This document shows positions 50,435 to 58,928 of a DNA stretch of 64,000 nucleotides, piece after piece. Source of the DNA: an uncultured Actinomycetota bacterium. Its GTDB lineage: Bacteria > Actinomycetota > Actinomycetes > Mycobacteriales > Mycobacteriaceae. The position numbers and the translations under genes were made by a program. Position 1 is the stretch's first letter. Each line of letters opens with the position of its first letter. The stretch is from assembly GCA_963707745.1 (NCBI GenBank), contig CAVPRG010000002.1, positions 8,833 through 72,832 on the forward strand, given 5' to 3'. Below the pieces are notes generated by a model. It worked only from the letters and a program-made list of their open reading frames with translations, did not search any database and was not told the DNA's origin.

Positions 50435-51121
50435 ATGACCAGTGTGCTGATCGTGGAGGACGAGGAGTCCCTGGCCGATCCCCTGGCATTTCTGCTGCGC
50501 AAGGAGGGCTTCGAGGCGACGGTTGTCGCGGACGGTCCGTCGGCCTTGGCCGAATTCGAGCGCTCCGGTGCTGACATCGTGCTGCTGGATCTGATGCTGC
50601 CGGGAATGAGCGGGACCGATGTCTGTAAGCAGCTTCGTTCGCGGTCGAGTGTGCCCGTGATCATGGTCACCGCCCGCGACAGCGAGATCGACAAGGTTGT
50701 CGGGCTCGAGCTCGGTGCCGACGACTACGTCACCAAGCCGTACTCGGCGCGCGAGCTGATCGCCCGAATTCGCGCGGTGCTACGTCGCGGTGCGGACACC
50801 GACGACTCCGGCATCGGGGATGGGGTGTTGGAGGCCGGACCGGTGCGGATGGACGTCGAACGGCACATCGTTTCAGTCAATGGCGAAGCGATCACATTGC
50901 CGCTCAAGGAGTTCGACCTACTCGAGTACCTGATGCGCAATAGTGGCCGAGTGCTGACGCGGGGCCAGCTCATCGACCGGGTGTGGGGCGCCGACTACGT
51001 GGGTGACACCAAGACGCTGGACGTCCACGTCAAGCGGCTGCGCAGCAAGATCGAATCCGATCCGGCCAACCCCGTTCACCTCGTAACGGTTCGCGGGCTG
51101 GGCTACAAGCTGGAGGGCTGA
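50435..51121 (+). CDS. regX3: Response regulator RegX3 (OmpR/PhoB family)
   Basis: Receiver domain (VLIVEDEES...DIVLLDLMLPG) plus a winged-helix output domain (LTVRGLGYKLE). Confidence 0.95.
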   Translation: MTSVLIVEDEESLADPLAFLLRKEGFEATVVADGPSALAEFERSGADIVLLDLMLPGMSGTDVCKQLRSRSSVPVIMVTARDSEIDKVVGLELGADDYVTKPYSARELIARIRAVLRRGADTDDSGIGDGVLEAGPVRMDVERHIVSVNGEAITLPLKEFDLLEYLMRNSGRVLTRGQLIDRVWGADYVGDTKTLDVHVKRLRSKIESDPANPVHLVTVRGLGYKLEG

Positions 51122-51137
51122 CTCGACGACTGAGTTG

Positions 51138-51932
51138 TCACTCAGCAGCGCGCGTCGCCGGGTGGATCGCGATGAGCCCCAATGACTTTCGCCGCTCACA
51201 CATGGCCGCGAGTTCGGCGTACGCCTTCTCGCCGAGCAGCTCGGTGAGCTCGGGAGCGTAGGACTGCCACACCTGGCGCGCTCCGACATGGGCCGCGGGA
51301 TCGCCCGTGCAGTACCAGTGCAGATCTGCGCCGCCCTCACCCCAACCGCGACGGTCGTATTCGGTGATGGTGGTGCGCAGGATCTCCGACCCGTCGGGCC
51401 GGGTGATCCACTCCTGGCTGCGGCGGATGGGGAGCTGCCAGCAGACGTCGGGTTTCATGGTCAGGGGTTCGACGCCCAGCTTGAGCGCCTTGCTGTGCAG
51501 GGCGCACCCGATACCGCCCTCGAACCCCGGCCGGTTGAGGAAGATGCAGGCGCCCTTGTACTTTCGGGTCCGGTAGTTGGGTTTGCCGTCGTACTCGTCA
51601 AGCTCCAGGTAGCCCTTGCGGCCCAGTCCCTTCTCCCGGAACTGCCAGTCGTCGTCGGTCAGCTTCGTGACGGCGTCGTCGAGACGCGCTCGGTCGTCGT
51701 CGTCGGACAGGAACGCACCGTGGCTGCAGCAGCCGTCGTCGGGTCGCCCCGCGACGGTGCCCTGGCAGGCGGGCGTGCCGAAAACGCATGTCCAGCGCGA
51801 CAACAGCCACGTCAAGTCCGCGGCGATCAAGTGCTCGGGGTTGTCGGGGTCGTAGAACTCCACCCACTCCCGGGCGAAGTCCAGTTCCACCTCTCCGCGT
51901 TGGGAGTTCTTGCTCTTCCCGCTAGCGCTCAT
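51138..51932 (-). CDS. Conserved Cys-rich hypothetical protein (Rv0495c-like)
   Basis: 264 aa ([12 protein letters not shown]...GCCSHGAF...GACIFLN...GCALH). Divergent from ppx1, as in H37Rv. Confidence 0.78.
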   Translation of the reverse strand: MSASGKSKNSQRGEVELDFAREWVEFYDPDNPEHLIAADLTWLLSRWTCVFGTPACQGTVAGRPDDGCCSHGAFLSDDDDRARLDDAVTKLTDDDWQFREKGLGRKGYLELDEYDGKPNYRTRKYKGACIFLNRPGFEGGIGCALHSKALKLGVEPLTMKPDVCWQLPIRRSQEWITRPDGSEILRTTITEYDRRGWGEGGADLHWYCTGDPAAHVGARQVWQSYAPELTELLGEKAYAELAAMCERRKSLGLIAIHPATRAAE

Positions 51933-52070
51933 CGCCGATCCCGTTCACAAAACCATTCTTGCTCTTCGCGCAAGCGCTCACGCCGCCCTTCGCTCTTCGC
52001 GCAAGCGCTCATCGCCGCCCTTCGCTCTTCGCGCAAGCGCTCATCGCGCCGATCCCGTTCACAAAAACCA
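51912..52070 (-). repeat. Tandem array (31/32-bp period) of the ATGAGCGCTTGCGCGAAGAGC cassette upstream of, and including, the Rv0495c-like start codon
   Basis: Plus-strand copies of GCTCTTCGCGCAAGCGCTCA(TC) at 51961, 51992 and 52024. The gene's own 5' end (51912-51932) matches the core at 19 of 21 positions. Flanking direct repeats GCGCTCATCGC(G)CGATCCCGTTCACAAAA(A)CC lie at 51925 and 52038. Confidence 0.9.
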
Positions 52071-52096
52071 ACGGTAGACCCGATAACGTGGGCTGC

Positions 52097-53083
52097 GTGC
52101 GATTGGGCGTGCTCGACGTGGGCAGCAACACAGTTCATCTGCTCGTGGTCGACGCGCGCCGCGGGGGTCACCCCACGCCAATGAGTTCCACGAAGGCTTC
52201 GCTGCGACTGGCGGAGGCCATCGACGGCTCCGGCAAGCTGACGCGCAAAGGCGCCGACAAGCTGATCAACACGATCGACGAATTCGCCAAGATCGCCGCG
52301 AGTTCCGGCTGTGCCGAGCTGATGGCGTTCGCCACCTCGGCCGTGCGGGACGCCACCAACTCCGAGGATGTGCTCGCCCGCGTCCGCGCCGACACCGGGG
52401 TGGCGTTGCGCGTGCTGTCGGGGGTCGACGAGTCCAGGCTGACGTTCCTTGCGGTCCGTCGCTGGTACGGGTGGAGCGCGGGTCGGATCATCAACATCGA
52501 CATCGGCGGCGGGTCGCTCGAGTTGTCCAGCGGCGTCGACGAGGAGCCAGAGATCGCGTTGTCGCTGCCGCTGGGTGCGGGCCGGCTCACCAGGGAGTGG
52601 CTGCCCGACGATCCACCGGGACGCCGCCGCGTGGCGATGCTGCGGGAATGGCTGTCCACCGAACTGGCCGACGCGGGCGCGAAGGTCTTGGAGACCGGGG
52701 TGCCCGATCTGACCGTGGCGACCTCGAAGACTTTCCGCTCGCTGGCGCGACTCACCGGCGCCGCGCCCTCCGGGGCAGGACCCCGTGTGAAGAGGACACT
52801 GACAGCTGCGGGGTTGAGGCAACTCATTGCCTTCATCTCCAGGATGACCGCGGCGGACCGAGCTGAGTTGGAAGGGGTCAGCGCTGAAAGGGCGCCACAG
52901 ATCGTGGCCGGCGCCCTGGTGGCGGAAGCGAGCATGCGAGCGCTTTCGATCGACACAGTGGACATTTGCCCGTGGGCGTTGCGGGAGGGGCTGATTTTGC
53001 GGAAACTCGACAGCGAGGCTGACGGAACTGCCTTCGTCGAGGCGTTCGCGGGCTTAGCCAGGGCCAGAGGCAACAGACCATGA
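52097..53083 (+). CDS. ppx1: Exopolyphosphatase (Ppx/GppA family)
   Basis: GTG at 52097 gives [20 protein letters not shown], the canonical Ppx N-terminus. The longer ORF from 51959 runs through the repeat array. Confidence 0.9.
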   Translation: MRLGVLDVGSNTVHLLVVDARRGGHPTPMSSTKASLRLAEAIDGSGKLTRKGADKLINTIDEFAKIAASSGCAELMAFATSAVRDATNSEDVLARVRADTGVALRVLSGVDESRLTFLAVRRWYGWSAGRIINIDIGGGSLELSSGVDEEPEIALSLPLGAGRLTREWLPDDPPGRRRVAMLREWLSTELADAGAKVLETGVPDLTVATSKTFRSLARLTGAAPSGAGPRVKRTLTAAGLRQLIAFISRMTAADRAELEGVSAERAPQIVAGALVAEASMRALSIDTVDICPWALREGLILRKLDSEADGTAFVEAFAGLARARGNRP

Positions 53084-54333
53084 CAGAACCAGAAGACACC
53101 CACAGCAGCACCAGACCGATCTCGGTCGCCGAGCTGCTGGCCAGAAATGGCAGTATCGGCTCCCCACCGGTCGGAGGGCGCCGGCGCCATCGCCGGGGCA
53201 ACGCCGATTCGGTGACGGTCGCCGAACTGACCGGCGAGATCCCGATCATCAGAGACTCGACGCCCGTCGTGAAGGTCGACGAGCCGGTGCAAACAAGCGG
53301 CTCCGCCGCTGAGGCCGTCGAGCCGGTGTCGACCAACGGTGTCGCCGAGCACGTCGAATCCCTCGAGCTCGTGGAACCGGTGGAAGTCGACGAACACGTC
53401 GAAGTCGACGAACCGGTGGAAGTCGACGAACACGGTGGAAGTCGACGAACCGGTGGAGACCGATGAACCAGTCGCACCGGTCGAGGACGCGGTCGAGCAG
53501 GCCGACGTCGAGGCCGAGGTGGTCGAGGACGCGGTCGAGCAGGCCGACGTCGAGGCCGAGGAAGTCGAGGACGCGGTCGAGCAGGCCGACGTCGAGGCCG
53601 AGGTGGTCGAGGAGGCTTCCGTCACGGCGCCCGAGCCGGAGTTGACCGAAGCCGAGGTCGACTACGAAGCTCATCTCGAGCAGCGGGACGCCGAGGTCGA
53701 TCCGATCGAGTTCGCCGCCCCGCCGCGTCGCCCCCGGGTGACCCCGCCCGCGTTCTCCGCCCTCGCGGGCGGCGCCGAGCAGATGAGCCCGGATCCCGTC
53801 GTCGACGACGGTGAGATGGGGTCCGACGTCGACCTCATCGAGTCGCTCGAGGGCGAGGCGCCGCTCGCCGCCGCCGACGACGAGGAAGGCACGCAAGAGG
53901 CCTTCGTGGTTCCGTCCTACCTGCGCTCCAACTCCGACACGTTGTTCGGTGGTCAGTCCGTGGCCGACGACCTCGCCCGCCGCGGCCCGAGGCCCGGACC
54001 GGAGGACATCGACCTCGGCGAGGACGCCAGGCCGGACGTGGACGAGCCGGAGACCGTAAAAGCCCCGCGGCTCCGCCTTCATGTTGCGGCGTGTGGGTGG
54101 TCGTGCAGTGCATCCTCGCCGTCGTCTTCGGTGCGGGCTTGTTCATCGCCTTCGATCTGCTGTGGAAGTGGAACCACATCGTTGCGCTGGTGTTGTCGGT
54201 GCTCGTCATCCTCGGGCTCGTCATCGGCGTGCGCGTGGTTCGCAAGACCGAGGACATCGGCAGCACGCTCATCGCGGTGGCGGTTGGCGCCTTGGTCACA
54301 TTGGGACCCCTGGTCCTGCTGAAGACGCACTGA
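53080..54333 (+). pseudogene. Acidic-repeat membrane protein (Rv0497-like) with two compensating frame shifts
   Basis: The N-terminus ([24 protein letters not shown], frame of 53080) and the C-terminal 2-TM domain ([44 protein letters not shown], 54091..54333) share one frame. The plausible acidic middle section (ORF 53339..54322 frame, VEDAVEQADVEAE...[24 protein letters not shown]) is in another frame. Confidence 0.75.
53480..53605 (+). repeat. 3 x 42-bp coding tandem repeat (VEDAVEQADVEAEV) preceded by 18/36-bp [12 protein letters not shown] repeats
   Basis: Units start at 53480, 53522 and 53564. The shorter repeats occupy about 53371-53470. Confidence 0.9.
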
Positions 54334-54353
54334 CGCGCAAAAATAAACCCCCA

Positions 54354-55199
54354 GTGCGCCCTGCCATCAAGGTCGGTTTGTCGACAGCCTCGGTATATCC
54401 CTTGAGGACCGAGGCTGCCTTCGAGTACGCGGCGCGTCTTGGCTACGACGGCGTCGAACTCATGGTGTGGGCCGAAACGGTCAGTCAGGACGTTGCGGCG
54501 ATCACCAAACTGTCGGACGACTATGGGGTTCCGGTGCTCAGCGTGCATGCGCCGTGCCTGTTGATCTCGCAACGGGTCTGGGGTGCCAACCCCATTCCCA
54601 AACTCGAGCGCAGCGTGCGTGCCGCAGAGGAACTCGGCGCCCAGACGGTGGTGGTGCATCCGCCGTTCCGGTGGCAACGCCGGTATGCGGAGGGGTTCGC
54701 CGACCAGGTCGCCAAACTGGAGGCGTCCAGCGACGTCTTGGTCGCAGTCGAGAACATGTTTCCGTTCCGCGCGGACCGCATCTTCGGAACGGGTCAGCCG
54801 TCTATCCAGCGGATGCGCAAGCGCGGTGGGACACCCGGTGTGGCGATCTCGGCGTTCGCCCCGTCCTTCGACCCACTCGACGGGGGTCATGCCCATTTCA
54901 CACTGGACCTGTCGCATTCGGCCACCGCAGGCACCGATGCCATCGACATGGCCCGTCGGATGGGCGACGGTCTCGTCCATCTGCACCTGTGCGATGGCAG
55001 CGGAGCCTCCACCGACGAACACCTCGTCCCCGGACGCGGGACCCAGCCGACCGTCGAGATCTGTCAGATGCTCGCGGCGAATGACTTCTCCGGCCACGTC
55101 ATTCTCGAGGTGACGACGTCGCGCGCGCGGACCGCGGCCGAGCGCGAGGAGCTGCTGGTCGAATCGCTCGAGTTCGCGCGTGCCCACCTGCTGCGCTAG
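54354..55199 (+). CDS. Sugar phosphate isomerase/epimerase (xylose-isomerase-like TIM barrel, Rv0498-like)
   Basis: In-frame GTG at 54354 (VRPAIKVGLSTASVYP). Translation includes GYDGVELMVW, VVHPPF, VAVENM and LHLCDG. Confidence 0.82.
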   Translation: MRPAIKVGLSTASVYPLRTEAAFEYAARLGYDGVELMVWAETVSQDVAAITKLSDDYGVPVLSVHAPCLLISQRVWGANPIPKLERSVRAAEELGAQTVVVHPPFRWQRRYAEGFADQVAKLEASSDVLVAVENMFPFRADRIFGTGQPSIQRMRKRGGTPGVAISAFAPSFDPLDGGHAHFTLDLSHSATAGTDAIDMARRMGDGLVHLHLCDGSGASTDEHLVPGRGTQPTVEICQMLAANDFSGHVILEVTTSRARTAAEREELLVESLEFARAHLLR

Positions 55200-55272
55200 A
55201 GGACGACGATGATCGCTTGCGCGAAGAGCAGAGGATGACGATGAGCGCTTGCGCGAAGAGCAGAGGATGACG
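55200..55272 (+). repeat. 2 x 32-bp tandem cassette (AGGA(C/T)GACGATGA(T/G)CGCTTGCGCGAAGAGCAG) leading directly into the thioesterase-like gene start
   Basis: Units start at 55200 and 55232. A third, truncated unit at 55264 is the real gene's SD and start (AGGATGACGATGACC). Confidence 0.9.
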
Positions 55273-56154
55273 ATGACCGACTCCACCCGGTTCGCCGACG
55301 CGATGGCGCTGACGAGGGTTTCGTCCAACGAAGCCGTCAGCGTCTTCGAGGGCGTGCTCAACAAGCACTGGACCATCGGCGAGAAGGTGCACGGCGGCGC
55401 GATGCTGGCGTTGAGCGCCAAGGCGGCACGGACCGCGCTGTCCAGTGACGACGGCGAGGACGACCCGACTGGCGATGAGCGCTTGCGCGAAGAGCAGCTG
55501 ATCGGAATACAGCCGATCGCGGTGTCGGGCAGCTTCCTGTGGGCTCCTGACCCCGGGGCGATGAGGGTGGTATGCACGGTGCGCAAGCGGGGGCGGCGGG
55601 TGAGCCTGGTCGACGTCGAACTCGGTCAGGGCGGGAAGACCGCCGTGCGGTCGGTGATGACCTTGGCCGACCCGGAACACGACGTCGCGCCCCTGCTGTC
55701 GGTGAATCCGGTGGTGGCGCTGATGACACCCGATCCGCCGCCTGGGCTGGAGCCGATCGGCCCCGGACATCCGATGGCCGACATCGTGCACCTCGCGCAC
55801 GGGTGCGACATCCGGCCGTCACTGACGACGATGGCCCCGCGTGCTGACGGCGGTCCGCCCGTAATCGAATATTGGGTGCGCCCGCGGGAGGGCTCACCGG
55901 ACGTCTTGTTCGCGTTGTTGTGCGGCGACGTCTCGGCTCCGGTGACGTTCGGCGTCAACCGGTTTGGCTGGGCGCCGACGGTTCAGCTGACGGCCTACCT
56001 TCGCGGCATACCTGCCGACGGTTGGTTGCGAGTGATGTGCACCACGATGCAGATCGGCCAAGACTGGTTCGACGAGGACCACCTCGTCGTGGATTGCGAG
56101 GGCCGCATCATCGTGCAGTCCCGCCAACTCGCATTGGTGCCGCCCGCGCCGTAG
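55267..56154 (+). CDS. Thioesterase-like superfamily protein (double hotdog, TesB-like, Rv0499-like)
   Basis: Start MTMTDSTRFADAM. Translation includes GVLNKHWTIGEKVHGGAMLAL. It carries an in-frame copy of the repeat cassette at 55456-55497. Confidence 0.8.
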   Translation: MTMTDSTRFADAMALTRVSSNEAVSVFEGVLNKHWTIGEKVHGGAMLALSAKAARTALSSDDGEDDPTGDERLREEQLIGIQPIAVSGSFLWAPDPGAMRVVCTVRKRGRRVSLVDVELGQGGKTAVRSVMTLADPEHDVAPLLSVNPVVALMTPDPPPGLEPIGPGHPMADIVHLAHGCDIRPSLTTMAPRADGGPPVIEYWVRPREGSPDVLFALLCGDVSAPVTFGVNRFGWAPTVQLTAYLRGIPADGWLRVMCTTMQIGQDWFDEDHLVVDCEGRIIVQSRQLALVPPAP

Positions 56155-56181
56155 CGAATCCGGACGTGCAATGCTTGCCCC

Positions 56182-57048
56182 GTGGCCAGAATTGCGATCA
56201 TCGGAGGCGGAAGCATAGGCGAGGCATTGCTTTCCGGACTGCTGCGCGCAGGGCGTCAGACCAAGGACTTGGTGGTCGCCGAGAAGGACCCCAACCGGTC
56301 GAGGTACCTGGCCGAGACCTACTCGGTACTGATGACTTCGGTCGCCGACGCCGCCGAGAATGCCACCTACATCGTCGTCGCAGTCAAGCCTGCAGACGTC
56401 GAGTCGGCGCTCATCGACATCGCCGAAGCCGCCGCGCGCGCCGAGAACTCCAGCGCAGAACAGGTTTTCATCACCGTGGCGGCGGGGGTCAGCACGGCCT
56501 ACTACGAATCGAAGCTTCCTGCGGGGGCGCCGGTCGTCCGCGTCATGCCCAACGCTCCCGTCGTCGTCGGTGGAGGAGTCAGCGCGCTTGCGCGCGGGCG
56601 CTTCGCGACGGAGCAGCAGCTCAAGGAGGTGGCGGCGATCTTCGACGCGGTCGGTGGGGTCCTGACGGTGCCCGAGTCCCAACTCGACGCCGTCACCGCC
56701 GTGTCCGGCTCGGGTCCCGCCTACTTCTTCCTGATGGTCGAGGCGCTCGTCGACGCCGGGGTCGCGGCGGGGCTGCCTCGCGGGGTGGCCACGGATCTGG
56801 TGACTCAGACGATGGCCGGTTCGGCGGCGATGTTGCTGGAACGCCTCGACGAGCAGCACGTGGCAGGAGACGCAGCAATTGGTTCGGCCACGGATACCAG
56901 CGCGGCGCAGTTGCGCGCCATCGTCACGTCGCCCGGTGGCACCACCGCCGCTGGGCTGCGGGAACTCGAGCGGGGTGGCCTGCGCGCGGCGGTGGCCGAT
57001 GCGGTGGCCGCCGCAAAAACACGCTCTGAGCAGCTAGGAATTACATAA
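56182..57048 (+). CDS. proC: Pyrroline-5-carboxylate reductase
   Basis: IAIIGGGSIGEA, MPNAPVVVGGGVSAL, SGSGPAYFFLMVEAL and VTSPGGTTAAGL motifs. Confidence 0.95.
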   Translation: MARIAIIGGGSIGEALLSGLLRAGRQTKDLVVAEKDPNRSRYLAETYSVLMTSVADAAENATYIVVAVKPADVESALIDIAEAAARAENSSAEQVFITVAAGVSTAYYESKLPAGAPVVRVMPNAPVVVGGGVSALARGRFATEQQLKEVAAIFDAVGGVLTVPESQLDAVTAVSGSGPAYFFLMVEALVDAGVAAGLPRGVATDLVTQTMAGSAAMLLERLDEQHVAGDAAIGSATDTSAAQLRAIVTSPGGTTAAGLRELERGGLRAAVADAVAAAKTRSEQLGIT

Positions 57049-57194
57049 GAGTAGTTCATGAAATTTCAAACGGATTACCCCACACCCGTCGCAATAACCA
57101 CATCTGCCACGCTATTCTCCTCGTTGTAAGCATGCGTTGGTGCCAATGGTGGGGAAGCCGCTGGGACTGGCCGTGCCTGATGGATTGGGTTGCG

Positions 57195-57458
57195 ATGACG
57201 TCTATGAACGGGCCATCGGCGCGCGATTCCGGCAGCGGGAAATCGGCGCGTGACGCCGCGGCTGGCGACAGTCAACCGCCACGGGCTCAATTTCTCACCG
57301 TCGCGGAAGTGGCGAGCCTCATGCGGGTGAGCAAGATGACTGTCTATCGATTGGTCCACAACGGAGAGCTGCCCGCGGTCCGGGTCGGTCGGTCATTCCG
57401 GGTGCACGCCAAGGCGGTTCACGACCTGCTCGAGACGTCGTACTTCGACGCCGGTTAG
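57195..57458 (+). CDS. Excisionase/MerR-superfamily HTH DNA-binding protein (Rv0500A-like)
   Basis: FLTVAEVASLMRVSKMTVYRLVHNGELPAVRVGRSFRV is the helix-turn-helix_17 signature. The start is taken at the ATG at 57195. Confidence 0.85.
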   Translation: MTSMNGPSARDSGSGKSARDAAAGDSQPPRAQFLTVAEVASLMRVSKMTVYRLVHNGELPAVRVGRSFRVHAKAVHDLLETSYFDAG

Positions 57459-57636
57459 GCCTCCTCTCCGCGGGCGCAGACGCGCACGATCCCGCGTGTG
57501 GTGAGCCGTCCGTCGGGCCGCGTGCTCCCGACGCGCTTTTCGTTTTGCTGGGCCAGGCCGGTAAGGTAGCCGGGTTGGTTCAGAAGGATTCAGAGTCCTT
57601 CAATGCGTCTCGTCAAAGTCTTAGGTAGCGGAGTTC

Positions 57637-57738
57637 ATGGGTTCAGTCATCAAGAAGCGTCGCAAGCGCATGTCGAAGAAGAAGCACCGCAAGCTGCTTC
57701 GTCGCACGCGGGTGCAGCGCAGAAAACTTGGCAAGTAG
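57637..57738 (+). CDS. Small ribosomal protein bS22 (Rv0500B-type, 33 aa)
   Basis: Not in the ORF track because it is shorter than 60 aa. ATG at 57637 follows GGTAGCGGAG. The translation [33 protein letters not shown] matches the actinobacterial bS22 peptide as I remember it. Confidence 0.9.
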
Positions 57739-57778
57739 CGTCCAGCTTCAGCCCAGCCACTGACGCTAGGCTGACGGG

Positions 57779-58891
57779 ATGGATGCTGACGGCCGCTCCG
57801 GAGATCGGCCCCAGCCGGGTTCGGGAGGTTCTGATTCCAAGGACACCGTCCACTACCCCAAGGTCGTGCTCGTCACCGGCGCCTGCCGGTTCCTCGGTGG
57901 GTATCTGACCGCCAGACTGGCGCAAGACCCGCTGATCAACCACGTCATCGCGGTCGACGCGATCGCGCCGAGCAAGGATCTGCTCCGGCGGATGGGCCGA
58001 GCCGAGTTCGTCCGTGCCGACATCCGGAACCCGTTCATCTCCAAAGTGATCCGAAACGGCGAAGTCGACACCGTCGTGCACGCGGCGGCAGCCTCCTACG
58101 CACCGCGCTCAGGCGGCCGGGCGGCGCTGAAGGAACTCAACGTGATGGGCGCGATGCAGTTGTTTGCTGCCTGCCAGAAGGCTCCGTCGGTGCGTCGGGT
58201 CGTGTTGAAATCCACTTCCGAGGTGTACGGCTCGAGCCCGAAGGACCCTGTGCTGTTCACCGAGGACGGCCACTCCCGCCGGCCCCCGGGCGAGGGATTT
58301 GCGCGCGACAGCATCGACATCGAGGGTTACGCGCGGGGCCTGGCCCGGCGTCGGCCCGACATCGCGGTCACGATACTGCGGCTGGCCAACATGATCGGAC
58401 CTGCGATGGACACCGCGCTGTCGCGCTACCTCGCCGGGCCGGTTGTGCCGTCGGTACTCGGACACGACCCGCGCCTGCAGCTGCTGCACGAACAGGACGC
58501 GCTCGGTGTCCTCGAACGGGCGACCGTCGCGGGTCGGGCGGGCACCTTCAACGTCGGTGCCCCCGGCATCATCATGATGTCCCAGGCGATCCGTCGGTCC
58601 GGGCGCCTCGAGCTTCCGGTGCCGCGTTCAGCGCTGTCCCTGGTGGATTCGCTGAGACGTGCAACGCGCTACACCGAGCTGGATCGCGAGCAGCTGAACT
58701 ACTTGAGTTACGGTCGGGTCATGGACACCGCGCGCATGCGCAAGGACCTGGGTTATATCCCGAAGTGGACGACGACGGAGGCGTTCGACGATTACGTGCG
58801 AGGTCGTGGATTGACGCCGATCATCGACCCGAGCTGGGTAATCTCGATGGAGAAGCGCGCGGTGTCTGCAGCGCAGCGTTGGGGGCGCTAG
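57779..58891 (+). CDS. galE2: NAD-dependent epimerase/dehydratase (GalE2, Rv0501-like)
   Basis: VLVTGACRFLGGYL Rossmann motif. 370 aa. Conserved position. Confidence 0.85.
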   Translation: MDADGRSGDRPQPGSGGSDSKDTVHYPKVVLVTGACRFLGGYLTARLAQDPLINHVIAVDAIAPSKDLLRRMGRAEFVRADIRNPFISKVIRNGEVDTVVHAAAASYAPRSGGRAALKELNVMGAMQLFAACQKAPSVRRVVLKSTSEVYGSSPKDPVLFTEDGHSRRPPGEGFARDSIDIEGYARGLARRRPDIAVTILRLANMIGPAMDTALSRYLAGPVVPSVLGHDPRLQLLHEQDALGVLERATVAGRAGTFNVGAPGIIMMSQAIRRSGRLELPVPRSALSLVDSLRRATRYTELDREQLNYLSYGRVMDTARMRKDLGYIPKWTTTEAFDDYVRGRGLTPIIDPSWVISMEKRAVSAAQRWGR

Positions 58892-58928
58892 ACTCACAGT
58901 TCACCCGGGGGTAAGAGAAGGTAGTAAC

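Noticed and set aside
51130-51145. Hairpin CTGAGT-tgtc-ACTCAG between the convergent regX3 and Rv0495c-like genes
   Set aside because: The stem is only 6 bp and overlaps the minus-strand stop codon. It is too weak to call a terminator.
51912-52070. CRISPR interpretation of the 32-bp-period array, and likewise of 55200..55272 and 61695..61916
   Set aside because: The stretches between the conserved cores are identical from unit to unit, so there are no unique spacers. The arrays have only 2-6 units, no cas genes are present, and the units carry SD, ATG and stop features tied to adjacent genes.
56581-56620. GCGCTTGCGCGCGGGCGCTTCGCGACGGAGCAG inside proC resembles the cassette
   Set aside because: The match is interrupted and short. 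It encodes the conserved ProC segment SALARGRFATEQQ, so it is most simply ordinary coding sequence.
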